This document shows, piece by piece, positions 1 through 10,361 of a stretch of DNA of 64,000 nucleotides (within the stretch, counting starts at the first letter, position 1; each line of letters opens with the position of its first letter). A program made the position numbers and the translations under genes. This stretch comes from Phycisphaeraceae bacterium. Its GTDB lineage: Bacteria; Planctomycetota; Phycisphaerae; Phycisphaerales; Phycisphaeraceae. The notes beneath the pieces are model-generated. The model was not told where the DNA came from and did no database searches. It was given only the letters and a program-made list of their open reading frames with translations. Location: assembly GCA_963674705.1 (NCBI GenBank), contig OY771506.1:896001-960000 (forward strand). The letters run 5' to 3'.

Positions 1-2
1 AC

Positions 3-458
3 GATATTGATCAACCCGTCGTCATCGCCAAGGGCAAAGCACGCGGCCGTTTGATCGGCGGCAACTTCTCACTCGTCGCCGCCACCATGGGCACACCTTA
101 CGAACCGCAGACACGCGGCAAAATTCTTTTCCTGGAAGATGTCCGTGAGGCCCCCTACCGGATCGACCGCTTCTTCTCGAACCTCAAACTCGCCGGCAAA
201 CTCGACGATTGTGCGGGGATCATTCTCTGTAAATTCACCCACACGGAAAAAGAGGGCGAAGAGCCTTCTGAATTCAGCATCCGCGAGGTCATCGATCAGT
301 ACTTCACCGACGCCGACATCCCGGTCATCTACGACTTCCCGACAGGCCATTTTTCGCAAAACGCAACACTGCCCGTTGGCGCACTTGTCGAACTGGAGGC
401 AACCGAGGATGGTTGCACTGTTCGGGTGCTTGAAGACCCGGTTGATTTAAAGGAATAA
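3..458 (+). CDS. LD-carboxypeptidase, peptidase S66 family (5'-truncated by window edge)
   Basis: Frame open from base 3 (DIDQPVVIAKGKARGRLIGGN); S66 motifs GGNxS, ILFLEDVxExPYRIDR and FPTGH. Confidence 0.88.
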   Translation, partial: DIDQPVVIAKGKARGRLIGGNFSLVAATMGTPYEPQTRGKILFLEDVREAPYRIDRFFSNLKLAGKLDDCAGIILCKFTHTEKEGEEPSEFSIREVIDQYFTDADIPVIYDFPTGHFSQNATLPVGALVELEATEDGCTVRVLEDPVDLKE

Positions 459-727
459 GTGGTTAGCCGGATTCTGCCGGGCATCCTGCATACAGTTTAT
501 TAATCAGAAGTGGGCACGATCCGAATCACACCGGGCCTAAGTCAGGCGGCCACCGGTGCCGGTTCTGTTTGTGCCGACCATGAGGGCTGGTATGCCTGGG
601 AAATATACCGGTTGTATATGTTGCAGAATCTTGCGAGATAAGGTTGCCGCAGGCCGGGCTAAATCGGTTTTTTCAATTGATTAAATACATCCCGGGACAC
701 ACGCGACCCTTGTCCGAGAGGATACCA

Positions 728-3700
728 ATGTTCGCCGACAAATATGTGAGGCCGATTACAGGGTTAGTAGCCGCGATTGTTGTGGCTGTCGTAGGTGCTG
801 CGCACCCTTTGAGTGCGGAGTTCATCGAGCCGGTCGCGGTCGCTGATACCCAGGAACTGGTTGTACCTGTTGATCCAGATCTCTACACCACAGAAGTAGC
901 AGAAACCCCTCTTGAGCCCGAAGCCCCCGGTCTCCAGGCCGGCGACTTCAACGGCAACGGCACGTACGAATTCGATGACGTCACCGCTTGCGCCCTGGCG
1001 TGGAAGCAACGCGACGACTATTGGACCCAGTACCCCAACCTCACCGAAAACGACCTGCTCGCCGCAGGTGACTTCAATAATGATGGTGTTTTCGACGACT
1101 CGGACATCGAGCCGTTTAAAACTTTTATCGTCGCTGAACTCACGACGCAGCAGCAAACCGCTGTCACACCCGACGACCAGACTGATAGCGATCAGACCGA
1201 CACTTACACAGAAGTGGACATGGACAGGTTACTTCCACGGTTAACCATCGTGGATTCACCTCTGTCCAATACGTCGTCCGGTGAAAGCGTCGGTGGCGGG
1301 ACCGTCACGACAGCATCCACAGGCAGCGGGGGAAGTGGCGGTGGTGGTGGCAGCAGTCTGGCCGGCAGTGCTGGTGGCGGTGGCGGTGGCGGCGGCGGCG
1401 GTTCCAGCGGTAGTGCTTCCACAGCATCGGATAGCGACTCTTCATCCAGCAGCAATCTCTCGCTGACATACCCGATACTGATCGGCTCCGGTGGCAGCAC
1501 GAATCTTGCTAATGGGGGAACCACCGACAACAGCAGTGAAACCGCAATAGACCTTCAGCCTTCTGTGCCGGATGGAATGCTGACCAATCCGTCTGCCGGC
1601 GAATTGAATATGCCCACAGGCCCGACGGGCGTCGAAGCCCCCGGCCCCATCGTTTTGGGTACGCTTAACCTGACCAGCCACAGCTCTGCCCCGGCGATCA
1701 GTGAAGTCAGTAACGTCACGCTTCCGGGTGAATCTCTGATCATCACCGGAGAGAATCTCGACGGCGCCGGCCTGAAAATCTTCACGCCCGAAGGCAGCAT
1801 GAACCTGTTACCCCTGCGTTCAGATGATCAAACGATGCGCGCCGTCATCCCCCTGCTCCGCTACGACCAGGGTAACCGCGTACCGCTTGCACAAAGCACA
1901 ATGATCGTCGTACCGAGTTCCGCAGGATACGACGGCTTGCCGATCCGTGTGAATGCTGCAGAAGCATGGTGGAGCTGGCCCTGCCGGGCGTATGCAAACC
2001 ACACCGGCCAGACGGTACGCATTTTCGGTAAGAACCTGTCGTTGACCGACGCCACACCGCTTGTCTACCTCCAGCGGGAAAACAGTACGCCGGTCGCTTT
2101 AGAGGTAACCAACTCAAATCCTTATAGCCTCGAAGCGACGCTGCCCGGCAACTTGAGCGCGGGTACGTATTACCTCTGGGCACACAACGGAACCGGTGGC
2201 GAGTACGGCTGGTCCGAGCGGCTGGAGTTTGAGGTTGTGACTCAAGCATCTCTGCCGACCACCGTTGTGTATGCGAACGATTACCTGCCCAACGCGACAT
2301 CAGACGGCGACGCGATCGAACAAGCCATACGGGCCGTACAGGCCGCCGGCGGCGGGACGGTACAGCTTGGTGCGCGTGTGTATCGGGTCTCCGAGCCGAT
2401 CAACATACCCTCCGGCCCGCCGGTAGTCCTCAAGGGCCGTGGAACCGGGGAATGGGACCCGTTAACGAGCACGCTGTCGGACCCGTCGGGCACCGCCACG
2501 GTAATCCAGTCGCGGCCCGGATTCAACGGGGTCTTCGTTGTCAACCTGGTAGCGAACGGTTCGCGCTTAACAGCGCTTACGGTACGCAGCGACAACGAGG
2601 ACGTTCGGATGGGTGTCCGACTCCTGGGCCAAAATCAAACGGTTGACCATGTGACGGTGATCCGCGCCACCGAGATCGATGACGAAAATCCCAACTCCTG
2701 TATCCAGTCCATGTACAAGGGCGATGCCAACAATGTCATAGAGCATTGCACGCTTTATGGCGTGTCCTTTTGCGTCCTCGTCGGCGAGGACAGTGATTAT
2801 GTGCGGATTTCGGACTGCGTCTTGCGTGGACAATTCGCATCCGGTTGGAGCACCACATCCAACGCGGTCACCAATATGGGCGGCAACAGCATGATCATGG
2901 AGCGTTGCGACGCACGCGCTGTCGATCGCGCTCATGCCAGGATCATGAGTCGCACATGCCTGCTATACGAAAGCTCTATCCAGAACACATACCTTGCGAA
3001 TAACCACAGCGAAGACTTTGGCCCCCATCCTTCGGTACCGGATGTTATGGGGAACACGGGTGAGCAATATTTGTTCCACGAACGTGGCGACACCGCGGGG
3101 ATATACACCGTAACATCCGCGGGGGATAACACCGTGGCCGTCAACGGCGGCCTGCCCGGCAGAGTTAACAGCAATGGCGACTGGATCGTCTTCGTCGCCA
3201 AGGGAGTCGGTGCTGGTCAATGGCGCACCATCGTCGGCCGAACCAATTCCGGCGAGGTGGTACTCGATAAACCATGGCGCGTTACCCCGACTCGCAACGC
3301 AACCGTCATCGTGCAGCAGGCCTTCAGACACAACATCGTCTATGGCAACACCATGCAAGGACCGGCTCCGGAAGCGGGTGTCACCGATCAGATGAAGACG
3401 GTAGGCGTTTACTTCTACAAAAACGCTTTCGATAACATCGCCGCGAATAACACGATGGACAGGGTCGCCGTTGGCGCCGCCATCTCCGCTGAGTTCGATA
3501 TGCCCTCCGGATGGAACCTGATCCGCGAAAACGAGATCAGTAACATCCAGGGCTTTGCAGGCGGCACCGCCTCCGGGCCCATGGCTTACGTCGAAATGCA
3601 CCCCGGTTCCGTCGAAGAAAACCGCGTGCGGATAAACCACTGGATCACCGTCGGTAATATTTTCCGGGCCAACACCATCACCAAGGCCCCCACCGCCGCG

Positions 3701-3967
3701 AGCCTGGGCTGGCGACTCATCGACCGATTCTACGACAGGGAATACATCCCCAGGGCTTATGTCGGTATGGTGCTTAGCACCCTGGAACGCAACACATTCG
3801 ACCAGGTCGACCGCGGCATCCTGGTCTCCTCACCCGCAAACCGCGCGTTGCTACGGAATAACACCGTCAACTTCAATGAACCCAGGGGACAGGATGTGGA
3901 AGTACCCAATCCCGATTCCCTGTACGACGCCTACATACCCTCTGATGCTTCAGCCAGCTATGATTGA
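728..3967 (+). CDS. Large secreted protein: dockerin-like pair, Gly/Ser linker, Ig/IPT-like region, pectin-lyase-like beta-helix
   Basis: ATG at 728 follows GAGAGGA and precedes a hydrophobic signal ending PLSA; GDFNGNG/GDFNNDG repeats; 'VRIFGKNL' Ig-like motif; 'DGDAIEQAIRAVQAAGGGTVQL' beta-helix N-cap; Asn-ladder C-terminus. Confidence 0.7.
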   Translation: MFADKYVRPITGLVAAIVVAVVGAAHPLSAEFIEPVAVADTQELVVPVDPDLYTTEVAETPLEPEAPGLQAGDFNGNGTYEFDDVTACALAWKQRDDYWTQYPNLTENDLLAAGDFNNDGVFDDSDIEPFKTFIVAELTTQQQTAVTPDDQTDSDQTDTYTEVDMDRLLPRLTIVDSPLSNTSSGESVGGGTVTTASTGSGGSGGGGGSSLAGSAGGGGGGGGGGSSGSASTASDSDSSSSSNLSLTYPILIGSGGSTNLANGGTTDNSSETAIDLQPSVPDGMLTNPSAGELNMPTGPTGVEAPGPIVLGTLNLTSHSSAPAISEVSNVTLPGESLIITGENLDGAGLKIFTPEGSMNLLPLRSDDQTMRAVIPLLRYDQGNRVPLAQSTMIVVPSSAGYDGLPIRVNAAEAWWSWPCRAYANHTGQTVRIFGKNLSLTDATPLVYLQRENSTPVALEVTNSNPYSLEATLPGNLSAGTYYLWAHNGTGGEYGWSERLEFEVVTQASLPTTVVYANDYLPNATSDGDAIEQAIRAVQAAGGGTVQLGARVYRVSEPINIPSGPPVVLKGRGTGEWDPLTSTLSDPSGTATVIQSRPGFNGVFVVNLVANGSRLTALTVRSDNEDVRMGVRLLGQNQTVDHVTVIRATEIDDENPNSCIQSMYKGDANNVIEHCTLYGVSFCVLVGEDSDYVRISDCVLRGQFASGWSTTSNAVTNMGGNSMIMERCDARAVDRAHARIMSRTCLLYESSIQNTYLANNHSEDFGPHPSVPDVMGNTGEQYLFHERGDTAGIYTVTSAGDNTVAVNGGLPGRVNSNGDWIVFVAKGVGAGQWRTIVGRTNSGEVVLDKPWRVTPTRNATVIVQQAFRHNIVYGNTMQGPAPEAGVTDQMKTVGVYFYKNAFDNIAANNTMDRVAVGAAISAEFDMPSGWNLIRENEISNIQGFAGGTASGPMAYVEMHPGSVEENRVRINHWITVGNIFRANTITKAPTAASLGWRLIDRFYDREYIPRAYVGMVLSTLERNTFDQVDRGILVSSPANRALLRNNTVNFNEPRGQDVEVPNPDSLYDAYIPSDASASYD

Positions 3968-4220
3968 CATACGACCGGATTTTTAAAAACACCGCCCTCG
4001 ATAAAGACCTGTAGGTGTTTACCCAAACCCCCTGATCGTAAAAGGTGGGATGGGTGTGGGTTTAGGTAATTTTGTGCCTCCCGTCTTGCCCGGCAGCATC
4101 CTTTCCGCCCCAGGACCGAGCGACAAAACCCTTGATATTACTGATATTTGTGTCACAATTAGACGACTGCGGATCAGTAAGGCCGCAGCGCGATACTATT
4201 GATAGAGACACGATTCAGTC

Positions 4221-7200
4221 ATGGCCCGAGGTACAGGCATTTCTCGAGTTACCGCGGCAGTACGTCGCTGTCTTTCCGCGCGCAAGACGCACCCCATCCA
4301 TCGGCAGGCTCACATTGAGCCGTTGGAATCCAGATTCTTACTAAGCGGTGATCCACTTCTCGGCGACGTAAACGCAGACGGGGTTGTTGACGATCAGGAT
4401 ATCGACCTGGTTAAACAACAATGGAACGTCAGCGCTTCGGCAGACGCCTTGAGTGCTGATTTGAATGGGGATGGATACGTTGGGCTTGACGATCTGAACG
4501 TGGTGCTGAACAGCCCGTATTTGTATCAATCCATCTTCGTCGGCCCGGTTGCATCAACTTCACAATCAACCAGCGCCAGCACCGAAACGCAGGTCGTCGA
4601 CACATCGCTGTTCACCGACTTCGACGGCGGAATCACCGGCAACTGGACACCAACATTCACACGCGATCAGGAAACGGCCGACCCGTCAGGGCAAAACGTC
4701 GAGGTAGATGAACCCAGATGGGGCGACCTGGTTGCTACCGGCACCACCGCGGAATGGGAACAGGTGCTTGCCACCGACGCGAGCCTGGTCAACATCGGCC
4801 AGGGACCCGGCGCTGATGGACAATGGCTCAGCATCTGGCACGACCGGGATGCCGACATCTTGATCGCGTTCAACCATGATATGAGCCAGTGGAAAACGCT
4901 GGACATCTCCCGCGGCTCAGAATCCGAATGGCTCGCCGAAGCCGACTGGCTGACGAATACGCTGTATATGCCAAAGACGGGTCGCATCGTCCCCGGCGGC
5001 CTGTGGGTGGTCTACCTGCAAAGAGAAACCGATCAGGACGCAAGCGAAACCGGTGCTGACTGGACGCCCGAAGGCACATCGTTCGGCATCGTCCAGGAGG
5101 TGACCTTCGAAAACATCTTCGATCAAACAAGAACCGTGATCGATGGGCAGGCGCTGATCAACAGTGAGACCGGGCTTCCCTACGACAACGAGCGCGGCCA
5201 TGAGTGGAGCATTGCCATTACGCCGATCGTCGTTGACGGCAGAGTCGAAGCGGTCTGGTGGGCGATTACCGATTACCTCCAGGACCCAACCGCATCGCCG
5301 GAAAAACCCGGCGGCAGCACGTGGGTAATACTCACTGAGCGCGATCCCGACTCGAATCACTACACGGTCCGCCAGCCACGTCTGATCGAGCAGCAGGAGG
5401 ACCCGCTCGGTGTTGACGAAGCTTACGAACACCGCCACTCGGCAATCGTGGTCGTACACGAGACCGGTGAAGTCGATGTGATCGTCGCCGCAGGCGATAC
5501 CGCCGCACATTCGTTCCTCAAACGGTATCGCATCGACGATCCGGAACATTACGAGACATCAACGCTAACCGTACAAGAGACCGGCCTGCTTGGAATCACC
5601 GGCGAAGCATCTTCCCAGTTGATATCGTTCCAGGTCGGCAGCGCCGCAAACAAGATCCTTGCTGCAACGGATGGCCGGGATGAGGGTGTCATCGAGCTGA
5701 CGATCCCGCTTGCCATGGACCAGCCCGCAGAAGTCCGGTCCGTCATCGGTCGTGGTTACGTTAAGACACACGCGCTGACAGTCAATCTTGTCTGCGCCAA
5801 ACCGTGGGAACGATCCGGCTACGCGATCACGGTCAGGCCGTTCCTGGCATACGAAAATAATGAGATCCCCTCTGAAGCCACAACGATTTTCTATTCCGAA
5901 GATGGCGAAAGCTGGATCGAAGTCGCATCCAATATTTTGGGCAGCGAGCTTGTGTTCCATGACGACTGGCTTGTGATTGCCAGCACGAAGAACGGCCATG
6001 GCGTTTTGAAAACACACATCGGCGACATGACTTCAAGCTCGCCGCTGCTGATTGCACCGGGCGGTACACAGCGCTTGAGCAGTTCACTCACCGAGCTCGT
6101 CGATTACGAAGACACCGAGGTCACCTTCCTCCAGAAGGTTAACGGCGTGTGGGTCGATGACGGCGTTGAGTTGGCCTCGCAACCCCCGACACTGGGCCAG
6201 GTCGTCAAGATCAGCCGGACCGGTGAAATCAACACCGCCAACCTCGCGAGGATCCTGCTCGCAGGCACCGATGCGGACTTCGAGGCGGGCAGTTTCGTGC
6301 TCAAGGTATGGATCCTGTCTGTACCCGGATACAACTCGGTACTCGGTGTCGGCATCGCGGGCGATGGCGAGTACGTCTCGCACCCTGAATACCCGACATC
6401 CACGGAGGACTGGCTGCCGATATTGATGTGGTCGGAACTGGACCCGAACGGTGACGGCACCGATTATGTGCCTTACATCCAACTCACCGCTCAAGCCCAG
6501 AAAATCGCACAACACACCGAGTTCTATATCGCGTTCGATCTGCTGCTTAATGAAGCCGACGTCAACGGGACCGTTGCACCGGTTGGCGACATCAATAACG
6601 ACAACTATGTGGGCCTCGACGATCTTGAAGCGCTCCTGGCTAACTGGAGCGAAACATCGATCCCCGAAGAGGTCGAAGGTGACCTCAACGGCGACGGTTT
6701 TGTCGGACTCGATGACTTGACTTGCGTGCTGCTCAATTGGAACAGCAATGTCACACCCGGTGATTTGATCAGCGGCGACGCAACCGGTGATGGATTTGTC
6801 GGCCTCGACGACCTGGAACTTGTTCTGAGTAACTGGAACGCCGGCGAGCCGCCGGCCCCCGGCCCGTTGGTGGGCGATATTAATAATGACGGCTTCGTCG
6901 GGCTCGCCGATCTCGACCTGTTGCTGAATGAGTGGAACGTCTCGCGCGCAACCACCGGCATCGTCCCGGGCTATTCGATCGCCCCCAGCGACACCGAAAA
7001 TATCACCGCCGAGCCTGAAAAACTCATCTGGGACATACCTACATCCACAACCGGCAGCTTCACGGTCGGCCTGTCCATGACCGTGCCCCAAGATGGCATC
7101 GATGCAACGTGGGGCGATGACACATTCAGCACCGGTTCTACATGCTACGGCACCGTCTTGCTGGATGAGAACAACCACTTGGAGATCTGGCACAACCGCG

Positions 7201-7550
7201 GGACACAAGTATGGTCACTTGAGGTAACCATCGATGGCCAGCGCTACGGCGCGATTCAGATCCCCGATGCCTGGCTGAATGTTGATGGCCGATTCCACTG
7301 GGTGATCTCGTACGACCAGGGCGAACTGCGATTCGCCATCCTGCAACGCGGTAACGAAGTCGCCTCCGGCACCATGTCGGTCACGCTGCCGTTCATGCCC
7401 ACACAGATGCAGGTCGGCTCGCACGACTGGATCAGTGTCCCCACGGTCGGCATCCTGTCCGCGTATGGCAACTATGGCGTCGGCGAAACACTCGAACAGA
7501 TACGCCAGCGCGTCCTCAACGACGATATCTATCTGCCACTGCCTACGTAA
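4221..7550 (+). CDS. Planctomycete extracellular protein with six dockerin-like repeats
   Basis: N-terminal 'HIEPLESRFLLSG' motif; two dockerin repeats at the N-terminus and four internal GDxxxDGFVGLDDL repeats; possible Asp-box 'YSEDGESW'; beta-rich C-terminus. Confidence 0.7.
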   Translation: MARGTGISRVTAAVRRCLSARKTHPIHRQAHIEPLESRFLLSGDPLLGDVNADGVVDDQDIDLVKQQWNVSASADALSADLNGDGYVGLDDLNVVLNSPYLYQSIFVGPVASTSQSTSASTETQVVDTSLFTDFDGGITGNWTPTFTRDQETADPSGQNVEVDEPRWGDLVATGTTAEWEQVLATDASLVNIGQGPGADGQWLSIWHDRDADILIAFNHDMSQWKTLDISRGSESEWLAEADWLTNTLYMPKTGRIVPGGLWVVYLQRETDQDASETGADWTPEGTSFGIVQEVTFENIFDQTRTVIDGQALINSETGLPYDNERGHEWSIAITPIVVDGRVEAVWWAITDYLQDPTASPEKPGGSTWVILTERDPDSNHYTVRQPRLIEQQEDPLGVDEAYEHRHSAIVVVHETGEVDVIVAAGDTAAHSFLKRYRIDDPEHYETSTLTVQETGLLGITGEASSQLISFQVGSAANKILAATDGRDEGVIELTIPLAMDQPAEVRSVIGRGYVKTHALTVNLVCAKPWERSGYAITVRPFLAYENNEIPSEATTIFYSEDGESWIEVASNILGSELVFHDDWLVIASTKNGHGVLKTHIGDMTSSSPLLIAPGGTQRLSSSLTELVDYEDTEVTFLQKVNGVWVDDGVELASQPPTLGQVVKISRTGEINTANLARILLAGTDADFEAGSFVLKVWILSVPGYNSVLGVGIAGDGEYVSHPEYPTSTEDWLPILMWSELDPNGDGTDYVPYIQLTAQAQKIAQHTEFYIAFDLLLNEADVNGTVAPVGDINNDNYVGLDDLEALLANWSETSIPEEVEGDLNGDGFVGLDDLTCVLLNWNSNVTPGDLISGDATGDGFVGLDDLELVLSNWNAGEPPAPGPLVGDINNDGFVGLADLDLLLNEWNVSRATTGIVPGYSIAPSDTENITAEPEKLIWDIPTSTTGSFTVGLSMTVPQDGIDATWGDDTFSTGSTCYGTVLLDENNHLEIWHNRGTQVWSLEVTIDGQRYGAIQIPDAWLNVDGRFHWVISYDQGELRFAILQRGNEVASGTMSVTLPFMPTQMQVGSHDWISVPTVGILSAYGNYGVGETLEQIRQRVLNDDIYLPLPT

Positions 7551-7615
7551 GCATTGCCCCGCGTTTAACGGCGGTTCGTAGATCCGCGCGTTTGCCGATA
7601 ATGACCAATATCGCT

Positions 7616-9127
7616 TCACCTTTCCAGTGATTGCTTATCAATCCGCAAAGGCGCACCATCCGGCCCGAACGCGGTAATCACCAGGCCGTCATCTGTCCAT
7701 TCATATGTAAAGTTGCCCGGCGAGTCATCTATCTTCATGTCTTGCCCGGTCGTCGGATTCTTCATGTGAACCAAGATCGCCTGTATGGTTGCTTCATAAC
7801 CATCCGGATCGTCGATACCGTCAACTAGATTATTAAGTGTACCTCTCATAATAGACCACCGGACGCGGGAAGCCGTGACAAGCTGCGCTTTATGCTTAGG
7901 TAGCAACAGATAGGTACCCAGACCCAGCACCAAACTCACAGCACAAGCGCCGAGCACGAACCTGGCCGCCCGCCCTTTCGCTTCTTTCATCCAGGCCCGA
8001 CGTGGATAGATAACGGGCAGCAACATCACCGCGATAGATAAACTGATGAACCCGACATTTGCCGCAACACGAACAGCGCCTTCTTCCGTCCAGCGCTCAG
8101 GCACGTATAACTCATCGCCCGACCATCGAATCATTGCGTCCCGCGACATCTGGTCCGGCGTAAGGCAGGCAGACAACTTCGTCACATAAGCCGACGGCTG
8201 CACGAGCCGAACCAACTCCGGGTGCCTGATCGGCATCTCATCAATATCGCGCGGCCGCGGCCAAGACTCGATATCGACACCTGAAAAGGAATCTGTGCGA
8301 TTACAGTACGCAACTTCAAATCCATCTACAGCCGCACGTTCAGGCCCGAATACGTACAGGTCGATATCCAGCAGCGTTGAACCCGCCGCAGTCAGACGCA
8401 ACGGATAGATCGGCTTCTCAACAGCAAAACGGAACCCAAGCGGATGGGTCAACGCCCCACCTTCCGCGGCCAACTCGGGCCGAAGCCGAGTAGCTGTGAA
8501 GTACCATCCTTCAAAAACATAATGCTCAATCGCCTGACGCGAATCATCTGAGATGTAAAAACCATTGTCTTCAAGCCAGCCGGATAACGAATCGGCATCA
8601 TCGGAGCTGATCACAGCAACCTCGTAATTACCAACCACCCCGCGCTGATGGACCTCGGTCGTCCCAACGGTTACCACACTTCTCGCAGCACCGGATGCAG
8701 GTAATAAAACACCCACAACAAGAGCAATCAACGTAAGCACAATAAGTACATCTATGTAACGCCCCGCCGCACAGCACAGGACCGATAGCGCCACAAGCCA
8801 GAAAAATAGAAACAGCATTGACTCGGTGTGCTTCATCTTCGGCGCCGTCAGCACACGCAGCGTCGTAAACAAACCCGTGGTAGATGCGGTCACCTCCGGC
8901 TCGCTCGGCGTGGGCACAACCCAGGCAAACTCATCGCCCTCGCCTGAAAAACCTGTCTGGATAACCATGGTCTCTACACCGTCAGCCCAATGGATCAGGG
9001 CTTCCTGGTCAGGCATGTTGACCTTGGCTGTCGCACGCTTGGGAAAGACTTTGCCGTCAGCTACGGCATGTGCAGCCCAAGATAACGAAAGGATGAAAAC
9101 CAATACGAAAGTAAATACACGAAACAT
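7616..9127 (-). CDS. DUF2330-family membrane protein
   Basis: 'ADG..', 'QEALI', 'EFAWVVPTPSEP', 'VGNYEVAVI', 'LSGWLEDNGF', 'HYVFEGWYF', 'PIYPLRLT' match DUF2330 as I recall it; several TM segments; ATG 9127 follows GGGAG. Confidence 0.7.
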   Translation of the reverse strand: MFRVFTFVLVFILSLSWAAHAVADGKVFPKRATAKVNMPDQEALIHWADGVETMVIQTGFSGEGDEFAWVVPTPSEPEVTASTTGLFTTLRVLTAPKMKHTESMLFLFFWLVALSVLCCAAGRYIDVLIVLTLIALVVGVLLPASGAARSVVTVGTTEVHQRGVVGNYEVAVISSDDADSLSGWLEDNGFYISDDSRQAIEHYVFEGWYFTATRLRPELAAEGGALTHPLGFRFAVEKPIYPLRLTAAGSTLLDIDLYVFGPERAAVDGFEVAYCNRTDSFSGVDIESWPRPRDIDEMPIRHPELVRLVQPSAYVTKLSACLTPDQMSRDAMIRWSGDELYVPERWTEEGAVRVAANVGFISLSIAVMLLPVIYPRRAWMKEAKGRAARFVLGACAVSLVLGLGTYLLLPKHKAQLVTASRVRWSIMRGTLNNLVDGIDDPDGYEATIQAILVHMKNPTTGQDMKIDDSPGNFTYEWTDDGLVITAFGPDGAPLRIDKQSLER

Positions 9128-9199
9128 CGACAGGCTCCCGGGCAAGATGATTCATGCACAGGATAGCCCGAATGCTATCGCATAACACATCGAGAATGC

Positions 9200-9778
9200 T
9201 TACTGATTCTGCTCGCTGCCCTGACCGCCGCGGTATTGACCCCGTCCGTTTTCACCACCGCCGGGCCCCCGGCCATTACCTCGGCCCGGCCCACCACCCA
9301 TACCATTGCCACCACGGCCGGGCCCCTCGCCCTGCTGACCCATTCGGTTCTGATGCCGACGGCTTGACCGAACGCTTTCAGCACAAAGACCCATCAACCG
9401 GCTGCGCTGTTCAGGCTCGAGATGCGTGCGGATTTTCAGGATATGTTCAGCCACCCGACGCTTCAGCGCATTATGCGCCTCGATCGTGGATTCAAACTGT
9501 TTCCTGATCTGCTCATCGGTGGCATCATCACTTTCAAGAACTTCCGCGAGTTTGGTCTTCGCGTCATCTAATTTGTTGGACAGATCCGCCGCATCGGCAT
9601 CAAAATCAGGATCGGCCTGATCGATCGCCGCGATCTGCTCGCTGCTCAGGTTAAGCAGGCTGTTCAGGTGCGGGTCCTTCACGGGCGTGCTCTTCGGGCC
9701 GGCGCCGATCGTCAACGTAAACACAATGCCGGCGATGAATGCCCCGGTCAACAAAATCAGGAGATTGTTTCGTCGCAT
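9200..9778 (-). CDS. Spy/CpxP/ZraP-like periplasmic helical protein with Gly-rich tail
   Basis: N-terminal signal/TM; 'LNLSSEQ' and 'HLEPEQR' LTxxQ-type motifs; GPGRG repeats; directly downstream of the anti-sigma gene. Confidence 0.75.
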   Translation of the reverse strand: MRRNNLLILLTGAFIAGIVFTLTIGAGPKSTPVKDPHLNSLLNLSSEQIAAIDQADPDFDADAADLSNKLDDAKTKLAEVLESDDATDEQIRKQFESTIEAHNALKRRVAEHILKIRTHLEPEQRSRLMGLCAESVRSSRRHQNRMGQQGEGPGRGGNGMGGGPGRGNGRGPGGGENGRGQYRGGQGSEQNQ

Positions 9779-9781
9779 GGC

Positions 9782-10300
9782 TTATACCTCTTCTTCCGGG
9801 GCTTCCGAAGCATCCTGGAAGTCCGGGGTATCCGTGGTTTCAGGTGGCAGGATCACCGACACCAGCCCGGTCGGGTCGTTGTCGGTGATGATGTCCAGAT
9901 ACAACTCGTTCGCGGCCTGCTGTGGGTCCGCAGCGTCCACCGTCATCGCTTGTGGCGCCGGCCGCACCGCCAGACCCGCCGCGTGGCCGATCACCGCCGC
10001 AAGCCCGACACAGGCTGCCAGCTTCGCCACTGGCCAGACCCAGTCCTGCAAGCGGAACGGGCCGGCGTCCGGCGTGTCTGCTTGCTCAGCTTCCAGGCGA
10101 TCGAGCACCCGGCTCGTCAGATCGACCTTACCCTCGTCGGCTTCCCAGCCCCCCAAAACCTCCCAGGTTAGCCTTGTCTGCCGCAGTTTTTCAGCGCACA
10201 GCTCACACTCAGCAAGGTGTGCGTCAACTTCGCTTCGGGCAGCGGTCGACAACTGCCCGTTGCAGTATTCGATCAACTGGATGTCCTGAAGGTGGGCCAT
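9782..10300 (-). CDS. Zinc-binding (HxxxCxxC) membrane anti-sigma factor
   Basis: 'HLAECELC' ZAS motif plus one TM helix; follows the ECF sigma gene; ATG at 10300 has GGAG 6 nt upstream (the ORF track starts at 10312). Confidence 0.85.
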   Translation of the reverse strand: MAHLQDIQLIEYCNGQLSTAARSEVDAHLAECELCAEKLRQTRLTWEVLGGWEADEGKVDLTSRVLDRLEAEQADTPDAGPFRLQDWVWPVAKLAACVGLAAVIGHAAGLAVRPAPQAMTVDAADPQQAANELYLDIITDNDPTGLVSVILPPETTDTPDFQDASEAPEEEV

Positions 10301-10316
10301 AATTTGCTCCATTACT

Positions 10317-10345
10317 TAAACGTTCCGAAACGCCAACGCCTGCGG
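10317..10345 (-). promoter_or_regulatory. Putative ECF-sigma promoter for the anti-sigma/Spy genes
   Basis: Minus strand CCGCAGGCG-ttggcgtttcggaa-CGTTTA; same boxes and 14-nt spacer as the site at 11035. Confidence 0.6.
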
Positions 10346-10361
10346 CGGTTTCAGAAAATAA

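Noticed and set aside
1324..1410. GGC/GGT trinucleotide run as a contingency repeat
   Set aside because: An in-frame poly-Gly/Ser linker with mixed codons; length changes would not shift the frame.
6084..7208. 374-aa minus-strand ORF (and similar long antisense ORFs such as 28592-29674 and 55160-55972)
   Set aside because: They fully overlap well-supported genes on the opposite strand, as expected in GC-rich DNA, and show no motifs.
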